From: Lama guanicoe
Lineage: Eukaryota
Assembly: GCA_013239625.1 (NCBI GenBank)
Contig: MU054187.1
Coordinates: 12,069,325-12,133,324, forward strand
Direction: 5' to 3'
Length of the DNA stretch: 64,000 nucleotides
Under the pieces are notes generated by a model. That model worked only from the letters and a program-made list of their open reading frames with translations. It searched no databases and was not told where the DNA came from. The translations under genes and the position numbers were made by a program. Of the stretch, positions 13,426-22,400 are shown piece by piece. Position 1 is the first letter of the stretch. Each line of letters begins with the position of its first letter.

Positions 13426-13554
13426 GGGCGGCGCGCAGGGAGGCGGGGTCGGCACGAGGCTTCGGCGCTCTCCGGTTGCTCAGCGGGGCGCGGGGCGCGG
13501 CGGGCGCGGCGGGCGGCGGGCGCGGGGCGCGGGGCATGGCGGACAAGAAAAAAA
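13426..13554 (+). mobile_element. Very short GC-rich retroposed fragment with A-tail and 14-bp TSD
   Basis: AAAAAACTGTTATG (13412-13425) and AAAAAACTGTCATG (13555-13568) flank a nearly pure G/C insert ending ATGGCGGACAAG(A)n. Confidence 0.85.
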
Positions 13555-14220
13555 AAAAAACTGTCATGTATGCAAGCACGCAGACGTTCTAGTGATGTCA
13601 GTCACATATTGCTCCCTTTTCCAATATGAAATTTAATGGGGATTCTTATTCTAAGAGGCATTTTAAAAATCAACAAATCAATCTCTAGTAATAAGCCTTT
13701 TGCATGAGTACCTAATGTTTGCTCAGGGTCACCGCAGGGAAACCTAACTAGAAATGTGTACCAGATGATTGATGAAAAAATGGTCAAGATCACAAATTCT
13801 CTCAAAACTTCTGCCCCAAGCCCCCAAAAAGACTTCATTATAATCTCCACCAAACTACTTCAAATAAAGTTTAGCAACTCTGTCTTTTAGGCAAAATATT
13901 TTCAGTAATTTGGAATTTCTTGTTCCATAAACTAAATTGCTCAGTAAGACAGAAGAATGAATGTTTTCCAGTATAGGGGTTGTGATTTTAAAAATGGGAA
14001 AGGAAAAAGGAAAATGTCTCAAATGAAGAGACATTTCCCAAAACAAAGGGAAAAGAAAGATACAATTTGGAATTTGAGAGAATATGCCAAAAACACTGCA
14101 TAGCAAATCACAGAAAGTTATTCAAGCACCTGTCATAAAGCCAGACCACCTAACTCCTCTTGTGCAAAGACAAGTGCTGCTGAGTATGGGAAGTACACTA
14201 ACAGAAATAAAACGATCTTT

Positions 14221-14357
14221 TTGTGTGTGTGGTGGGGGAGGATGGTAATTAGGTTTATTTATTGTTTGTTTGTTTTAATGGAGGCACTGAGGATTGAACC
14301 CAGGACCTCATGCATGCTAAGTATGTATCCTACCACTGAGCTATACCCTACCCCCAT
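14221..14357 (-). mobile_element. tRNA-derived camelid-type SINE (Vic-1-like)
   Basis: GGATTGAACCCAGGACC...TACCACTGAGCTATACCC (B and A boxes reversed) plus GGTAATTAGGTTTATT tail. Confidence 0.85.
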
Positions 14358-14474
14358 CAGCTCTTTTAATAATACAGTAAAGAGAAATATCCATTTGACT
14401 GAATTGGAAGAATGCAGATGATTTTATCCTGTTTATAGCTTGAGTTGATAGATGTGAATATAATTTTTGGCCTG

Positions 14475-14562
14475 AATGACTGAAAAATTGTGCTGAACAC
14501 TGGAATTTGACACAACACTGTAAAATGATTATGAATCAATAAAAAATGTAAAAAATATATAT
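14475..14562 (+). mobile_element. Extremely 5'-truncated young L1 with 17-bp TSD
   Basis: Near-identical to 4958-5040; TSD ATATAATTTTTGGCCTG at 14458 and 14563. Confidence 0.85.
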
Positions 14563-14999
14563 ATATAATTTTTGGCCTGTTTATAGACACACTTCTAATC
14601 GACTTATAATTATTGTCTAAATTTCACTTGATGTCCATGTTGGACATTATAAAATCATAAAAGGGGACCCAAATGTGGATTTTTATGTATGATTTTTCAC
14701 TTGTGAAAACTCAAATCAGCATGGGATTCAAAACTAAAAACAGTAACAAACATGTAAAAGTGAGCTTATCAAAACAAGCATTGTTCAGTCCAGTTAAACT
14801 GTCCTAGAATTCTGGGTATCACAGCTCCCCCTTCCACCCAAAGGACTTCAGCCACCAGTGCACTGCCCTGCCTCTCAGACCCCCTCACTGACCCTCCCTC
14901 GGAGAATGGAGGTTCCAGGTAAAATCCAGAACAGAGCTATCTGAACAGAAAGCAAAAAAAGAACAAAATTCTATTAACACCATTTGGGAACTGCTCACA

Positions 15000-15810
15000 A
15001 AAATGGCAGAAATCAGTATCAGACTCAATGTTTTTTCTCTCTCATTTAAAAGTGTAATAAAAGATGAAAGCAAAATAATAAAAGGGGAAAAAAAGGAAAT
15101 AAAGAATGGGGAAAATAGACCTATCAGGAAGATGCTCATAAAAAGAAAGCAGATATAGTAATAATATTATCAAATTCAGAACCAAGGCTAAAAGTAATAA
15201 AAGGGACAAGAGGAATATTTTATATTCATAAAAGGTGTGTGATCCACCACTAATATGTAACGGCCAGAAACCTTTATGTGCCTAGTAACACAGATTCAAA
15301 ATATATAAAAGTAAAACCTGATAGCAAAGAGTTATTGACAACCCATAACATAGTGGGAGATTTGGAGCTATCACTCAAAAATCAACAGATCAAATACATA
15401 CAAAAAAATACAGACGCAAATTATTAAAAAACACAATTCAACTAACAGAGTTGAATTCATAGACACAGATTTTTTTCACCCAACAACAACAACAACAAAA
15501 ATACACATTCTTTTCAGACACTCATGGAATATTTCCGAATATGAGCCATATATTAATTAGGCCAGTGAAAAAATTCAATGAACTCAAATTAGAAATTTAC
15601 ACAAGCCACAATCATGGGCCATAATATACTAAAATTGGGTCAACCAAAAGGTGTACCTCTTCAAAAAAACTCTTTTTGGAATTTTAACCTGCTGTTCCCA
15701 AAAGGTATTTTCAAGGAGGAAATTGTAAACTAGCCTAAAATTAAGAATGTGGTGAAAGTAATATTCAGAGAAACATCATAGGCTTAGATGACTTTATTAG
15801 AAAAAAGTAT
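15000..15810 (+). mobile_element. Old L1 ORF2 (endonuclease region) remnant
   Basis: Motifs ATAGTGGGAGATTT and AATACACATTCTTTTCAGACACTCATGGAATATT. Confidence 0.7.
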
Positions 15811-16206
15811 GCCAAATACTTTCCAATGACCTTTCCATAGTCACTACGGCCTTCTCCATGCTGCTTGGACAAGGAGAAAACGGCCTGTGGACATACCAGA
15901 GAGCTCTTCACCTCCAGTGTTGCTGGCACTGGCAGGTGTCAGGACAGAGGTGCGGGAGATCGCCCAGATCCCCCCTCAGGGGTCACTACATTTCTCTCTC
16001 CTCAGGCCTCGGAAGGTATATGTGCTCACACCTTTGTAAGGACTTTTTTCCAACAAACTCTTCCAACAATCCTGTTTCCTGCGAGAACTTTGCTAATACA
16101 AGACTTAAAGTAAACAGGACTTCAACTCAAGAAACCAGGAGAAAGAACTACACAACATACTTCTAAAAATGTAGGAACACCAATGAATAAAGATAAACAG
16201 CAGCCC

Positions 16207-17097
16207 TGTCAGTGTGCTGGGCGGCCCCATGGGTCTGTCTGCTGCTTCAACAGTATTTGGACAGAACAGACACAGGGACGCCCCAGCTCCGGCCTCCACC
16301 GCCCTCCAACCGTTTTTCCAGTCACAACCTGCAGAACCAACCACTCTGCTACCCTCAGCCTGCAAGACCAGCCAACACCATCTTTTAACCTTAGTTCCTT
16401 ATACTCAGCAACCATGAGCTCCCAAATTATTCAGAATTTTTCCACCAGGTGGTGGCCGCCGTCAACCTCAGGGCCCACACGCATCTGCGGGCCCCTTGTA
16501 CTTACCACTCTCTGGGCTTCTTTTTCCACCAGGGCGATGTGGCTCCGGAGGGCGCAGGCCACTTTTCCTGCCAGTTGGCCGAGGAGAAGCGCCAGGGCGC
16601 CCGGCACCTCTGGAAAACGCAAGCCAGCATGGTGGCCGCGCCCTCTTCCAGAACGTGCAGAAGCCGTCCAGAGACGTGAAACCCAGGCCATGCTCACGGA
16701 GAAGAAGCCGAATCAGATCCTCTTGGATGTGCATGCCCTGGGTTCTGCCCGGGCAGACTCCCCCCGCTGTGACTTCCTGCAGAGCCACTTCCTGGATGAG
16801 GAGGTGAAACCCATCAGGAAGATGGACGACCACCTGAGTGAACTGCGCAGGCTGGCTGGCGAGCAGGCCGGCTGGAGCCCAAGCTCGGCCGCGCAAGCCC
16901 CGCTCCCAGAGGCTCCCCAACAAGCACCGCTAGGAGCCTCCGGAATCCAGAAGCCTTTGAGGGTCCCCTCTGGGGTCAGGGCTTCCGTCTGAAGCCTCTC
17001 TCTGCAGCCACTAGGCAGCTTCTGAACCGCCCTGGAGTCCTCGCCCAAGCCTGGAACCAAATGGAAACAATTAAGCTTTTTGCAGGAGGAAAGAAAA
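16207..17097 (+). pseudogene. FTL: Processed ferritin light chain pseudogene, copy 2 (ATG 16414, ancestral stop 16931-16933)
   Basis: Near-identical to copy 1 with the same frameshifts. Confidence 0.93.
16238..16268 (+). promoter_or_regulatory. Degenerate iron-responsive element in FTL pseudogene copy 2
   Basis: Same stem and CAGTAT loop at 16251-16256. Confidence 0.85.
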
Positions 17098-17677
17098 GAT
17101 GCAAACACACACTTCATACAGGAAGCTTGAAAGCTACTAGAGTTGATCAATAAAACAAAAGACCAGTAAAGGGAAAAGTTTAAATCTGGAATAAAAAAAA
17201 AAGAATTAAGAGAATGACAATGAAGGAGGAACAGGAGTAACATCCTGAACAGAAAACAGACACAAAGCAGATAGCAGGGAGCTTTTTAAAATGAGAAGAG
17301 AATGGTTGATGCAACCTTACACATTTAAGAGTAAAGTAAGCCCTAGACCTTTCTTTTTTAAATGCTTATTGAAAACAAAATAATATGATTTTTTGAACAT
17401 GATTTTCAAAGTCACATAGCATTAACAGTACTGTAACAGTTATCAATCACCTGGTTTTGACTATGGTCTATGGTTATGGAAGACATTATCATTGGGGGAA
17501 ATGGGATGAATATATATGGGAACACTGTACCATTTTTACAACTTTTTGTTTGGTTTAGAATATTTCAAAATAAAAACTTTTGAAACTCTCATAGTTTTAC
17601 AAAGTTTGTAGCAGATCCTCCCCCTAGCCTTCCCCCCCATTGTTGATTCCTATTCTCACCAAGGAAACTATACTATA

Positions 17678-17775
17678 NNNNNNNNNNNNNNNNNNNNNNN
17701 NNNNNNNNNNNNNNNNNNNNNNNNNNNNNNNNNNNNNNNNNNNNNNNNNNNNNNNNNNNNNNNNNNNNNNNNNNN
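17678..17775. other. Assembly gap (98 N)
   Basis: Run of n characters. Confidence 1.
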
Positions 17776-18038
17776 TGGGGGCTCCTCAACTTTTAATTTT
17801 CTTCTTTCTCATTTTCCACATATTTGTCATCTTGTTCTACTTTCTAGGTAATTTCCTCAACTTCATCTTCTCCTCTTCCAACTGTTCTTTTTTCCTATCA
17901 TATTTTTAATTTCCAAGAGTTTCTTGTCCTCTGGGTTCCTGTTGAGAGCCCCCTGTCCTTGTTCCATGAATGAAAGATCTTCTAGTGTGTTTCTGAAGGT
18001 CTGAGGTTTTTCACAGTCTATACGTTGTCTGTTTCCTC

Positions 18039-18045
<7 letters not shown>

Positions 18046-18085
<40 letters not shown>
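18046..18085. repeat. Poly-T tract (about 40 nt)
   Basis: Directly visible. Confidence 0.95.
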
Positions 18086-18089
<4 letters not shown>

Positions 18090-20723
18090 CTGGCAGCCCG
18101 AAGGCTTTTTCCCACATCAGTGATCCTTGTTCGGTATGTAGATGTTCAGTGTGGCATGCTTTGCCCACCTGAGGCTGGGCCTGGATGCGCAGGTTGGAGG
18201 ATAAGATCTGAGGGTCTAATTGTTCCTTGTAAAACCTGCAACCAATTCTCCCAACTTCACCCCCATCCTATACTCCCATTCACAGAAGAACTTCATGTCT
18301 CTCTGATTTGAAGTCCTGTGGCTTGTGGTGGGAGCCAACTTGGTCCTTGTCATGTTTCCTCTCCACCTCTGGCGGGGGGGGGGAGTCAGCTCTCTCAGCA
18401 CCACTAAATCAGTTAATACTTGGCCATCTGCTTTCCAGCTTCCAACATTTTGTCAAAATATCTTGTCCATTATGATTTCTTTTCCCTTTGTTCTTATAGT
18501 TTTCTGCCTCTTTTTTCCCCCTTTTAGTATCTTTGTCGTAGGGATTTATGAGGCAGCAGATACAAACATCTGTTTTCAAACTGCCATGTTTCTCTCGGAC
18601 CTTCCAAACCAAGCAATTAAAAAGAAAGCAGACATTTCTTTCTCAATTTATTTTTTTGTGCTAGCATATATAGTAATTCCCAATCTTTTTTATGTCCAGA
18701 AATTTGACAATAAAAGGAAAAAGAAAACTTTAGATTTTGTACACTGCTTGGCTTTTCTGGTTTTTTTTGTTTTGTTTTGTTTTGTTTTGTAAACAGAGTT
18801 TATTCTTAGCACTTTCAATAAAGCCACACCACAATTTGTACAGTTGCACATGGGTCTAAATGCACTCCCTCTCCTCTGAGGATGTGCCTCCATGCTTGGC
18901 TTTTTTTTTTTTTCTTTCATGTTTTCCCTCATAGTGAGTCAATCTTTCTAGAATGATGGCTTTTTCTTAAATATTGTCTTTTCACATCTCCAAGTCTGTT
19001 CACACTCCTTCCCTTCCATGAAGCTTTACTTCATTCTGACTGCATCTTGTCTCAGTCCTTCTAATTCACCCTGGCTCACTCATTTTATGTTGGATGCATA
19101 GTTCATGCTTCTCAAACATCTGGTATATCCTTCCATGACTCCCACACCTTCACTTCTGATGGACTGAAAACCACCAGAGAGGTTATCTGTTTTAACAAAT
19201 CCATTCAGCGGTAGATTTCCCAAGGATTTCTGTTTTCTAATTTTGTAGGGAAAAGTCAGAACCAGCTTCCCAGAGGAGCAGAAAACTAAGCTGAGACTTA
19301 AAGAAGGTGGCATTTAACCAGGTGAAAAAGTGATCCAGGGAGAGGAAGTAATCTATCCATGTGTCTCCTCACCTCACCCCCCAGCACTCAGGACATTCTC
19401 ATTAACGATGGTTCAAATGGCAGTCAGCATGAGGCAGCCTATTGCCATGCACACAACTGCTGCTGTTTACTCCCAGCTCTCTCTTGCCCAAACAATAGTA
19501 TACAAGTAGGCAGGTTATATATTAAATATACGTATATTCAGCATATAAAAATATATGCACATTCATCTGTTAGGGAACCAATATAGGAAGTGTTAAGTAG
19601 CAAAGGACATATATAGTGTAGTCAGACTCAGGGAGAAGGAATAATGGAAAAACTTCATAATGTGCCAGATGAGTGGCTGCATCAAGCTTGCACTTCAGGC
19701 TTTACCCATTCACTCTCTCCCTAAGCAGCTTGCAAAACACAACCACAAAGATGGGGGAAGGGACAGGGCAGAGGGGAAGGCTGCCTGCCCCCTCTAATGC
19801 CTTCCTTCAGCCCTATCCCAACAGGAACCTCTCTCTCAGGTCTGGACCCTGCACAAAGAAAAAGACCACCAAAAGAAACCAGGATGACTCGCCCCTTTTT
19901 CTAGCCTGGCCACGTGTCTGGGCATTCTTCGGAAGCTGGACCTATGGAACCCCACGCATGGACCTTGGAAGATCTGTCTTGGCGGTGGGCATGTCCAGAG
20001 CCTCACATGTCACAGGGCCTGAACAGAGAACAGGCCTGGGCCTGGGACTGGCACTGGATAACTTCCCTGAGTTGAGCCGCCACTACTGCCAACGCCCACA
20101 GTTCTGCTGCGAGGACCGAGCTACCATGCATGCTGCATCTTGCTGGCACCAGGCCAAAGTTTCCGGAGTATATAGGGGCCAAAAACGCTAAGAGCCAATG
20201 GCTGAAACTGAGATGAGTGACAGTCACCCCAGGAAGAGGCTTTTGCTATAGACAGCACAGCCCATAGGGGCTGGAATCAGCCTGGAAATGCCAGGACCCC
20301 GGGCCACCCCTAGAAGCTGCTGAAAATTTAGACTTAAAACAGAGTGGAACCTGGGAAGGAAAGGAATCCAGGCCTTACTCCTGGCTCACAGAGCCCCTTC
20401 GATGATGCTCTGGCCTGGAGCCTGAGACACCCCAGAGGGTCCCTGTCTGTGCAGACTTCTCTGGGATGAGCCTTGGCGGGGGGGTCCCTATGGTGCAGAC
20501 ATTCCTTATTATTTTTCCTTTCCTGAATTACAATTATGTCATGCAATCAATAACACCTTAAGGAACTTTTAGATCTACTCAGAATTGTCATCATTCTTAT
20601 TTGAATTGTACGCAATGATTAAAACCTATTTCCTTCTTAAAAAAGAAACCAGTCTCCCCATCTCAGTGTGCAGGTAGAGAGCCCTGAATTAGACCCTTTC
20701 TTCAAACGGCGGGTCTCTAGCTG

Positions 20724-22032
20724 CAGCCTGGAAGCCTCCCCAAAGTTAGGTGAGAGCCGGCCCAGCCTCCAGGATTAGCCCAGCCTGGAGGTCTCCCCAA
20801 AGTTAGGTGAGAGCCGGCCCAGCCTCCAGGATTAGCCCAGCCTGGAGGTCTCCCCAAAGTTAGGTGAGAGCCGGCCCAGCCTCCAGGATTAGCCCAGCCT
20901 GGAGGTCTCCCCAAAGTTAGGTGAGAGCCGGCCCAGCCTCCAGGATTAGCCCAGCCTGGAGGTCTCCCCAAAGTTAGGTGAGAGCCGGCCCAGCCTCCAG
21001 GATTAGCCCAGCCTGGAGGTCTCCCCAAAGTTAGGTGAGAGCCGGCCCAGCCTCCAGGATTAGCCCAGCCTGGAGGTCTCCCCAAAGTTAGGTGAGAGCC
21101 GGCCCAGCCTCCAGGATTAGCCCAGCCTGGAGGTCTCCCCAAAGTTAGGTGAGAGCCGGCCCAGCCTCCAGGATTAGCCCAGCCTGGAGGTCTCCCCAAA
21201 GTTAGGTGAGAGCCGGCCCAGCCTCCAGGATTAGCCCAGCCTGGAGGTCTCCCCAAAGTTAGGTGAGAGCCGGCCCAGCCTCCAGGATTAGCCCAGCCTG
21301 GAGGTCTCCCCAAAGTTAGGTGAGAGCCGGCCCAGCCTCCAGGATTAGCCCAGCCTGGAGGTCTCCCCAAAGTTAGGTGAGAGCCGGCCCAGCCTCCAGG
21401 ATTAGCCCAGCCTGGAGGTCTCCCCAAAGTTAGGTGAGAGCCGGCCCAGCCTCCAGGATTAGCCCAGCCTGGAGGTCTCCCCAAAGTTAGGTGAGAGCCG
21501 GCCCAGCCTCCAGGATTAGCCCAGCCTGGAGGTCTCCCCAAAGTTAGGTGAGAGCCGGCCCAGCCTCCAGGATTAGCCCAGCCTGGAGGTCTCCCCAAAG
21601 TTAGGTGAGAGCCGGCCCAGCCTCCAGGATTAGCCCAGCCTGGAGGTCTCCCCAAAGTTAGGTGAGAGCCGGCCCAGCCTCCAGGATTAGCCCAGCCTGG
21701 AGGTCTCCCCAAAGTTAGGTGAGAGCCGGCCCAGCCTCCAGGATTAGCCCAGCCTGGAGGTCTCCCCAAAGTTAGGTGAGAGCCGGCCCAGCCTCCAGGA
21801 TTAGCCCAGCCTGGAGGTCTCCCCAAAGTTAGGTGAGAGCCGGCCCAGCCTCCAGGATTAGCCCAGCCTGGAGGTCTCCCCAAAGTTAGGTGAGAGCCGG
21901 CCCAGCCTCCAGGATTAGCCCAGCCTGGAGGTCTCCCCAAAGTTAGGTGAGAGCCGGCCCAGCCTCCAGGATTAGCCCAGCCTGGAGGTCTCCCCAAAGT
22001 TAGGTGAGAGCCGGCCTAGCCTCCAGGATTAG
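20724..22032. repeat. Minisatellite, about 23 x 57 bp (CAGCCTGGAGGTCTCCCCAAAGTTAGGTGAGAGCCGGCCCAGCCTCCAGGATTAGCC)
   Basis: CAAAG recurs from 20741 to 21995 at exact 57-bp spacing; variants seen only in the first and last units. Confidence 0.99.
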
Positions 22033-22400
22033 GGCGGTGAGCTGGGCGAGCCAGGGTTCAGCCTGGAGCCGGTTTCGATGCTCCGGGATGCCCGGGACCG
22101 CTTGGGGAGCAGGGAGCGAATCCTTACCTTGGTTTCTGTCTGCCGCCACGCTCCTCGCCCGACCCGCTCTTCGGCCCAAGGCCAGCCTTGGTGGCGGCTG
22201 GGCTTCCCACTCGCCCGGGAGTGAGGGCGCCGGGGGCGGCGGGGGCGGCGGCGGCGGCGGCGGCGGCGGCGGCTACGGTGGCTGCGATGGCTTCGGCGGC
22301 TGCGGGTGGAGGGGAGGAGGAAGAGGTCCGGTATGCGGTTAGGGAGGGAGACAAGAAAGAAGGAAAGGGGAGACTGCGGTTCCCCCATGGCCAGCAGCTC
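22033..22400. promoter_or_regulatory. Orphan CpG island with (GGC)10 at 22244-22273
   Basis: Dense CpG, trinucleotide repeat, no recognisable protein-coding gene attached. Confidence 0.75.

Larger units (their letters stand above)
16185..17918 (+). repeat. 1.74-kb direct duplication, copy 2 (contains the assembly gap)
   Basis: Colinear with 7975-9711. Confidence 0.95.

Noticed and set aside
13449..13459. TCGGCACGAGG resembling a cDNA library adapter
   Set aside because: It is internal to a TSD-flanked insert and lacks the AAT prefix; a chance match in GC-rich sequence is more likely
7975..17918. 1.74-kb direct repeats as LTRs of a 10-kb provirus
   Set aside because: No TG...CA ends, primer-binding site or gag/pol; the repeats consist of FTL pseudogene and L1 remnants and the interior is ordinary genomic DNA
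20717..21997. 426-aa minus-strand ORF (LGRPPGWANPGGWAGSHLT)n, superficially like prion or galectin P/G/W repeats
   Set aside because: It results from a 57-bp unit (multiple of 3) lacking a stop in one frame. There is no ATG, an in-frame TAG closes it just upstream in the variant unit, and no synonymous variation supports coding
20724..22032. CRISPR-like array of palindromic repeats
   Set aside because: Units are contiguous and identical with no unique spacers, no cas genes, and the context is mammalian
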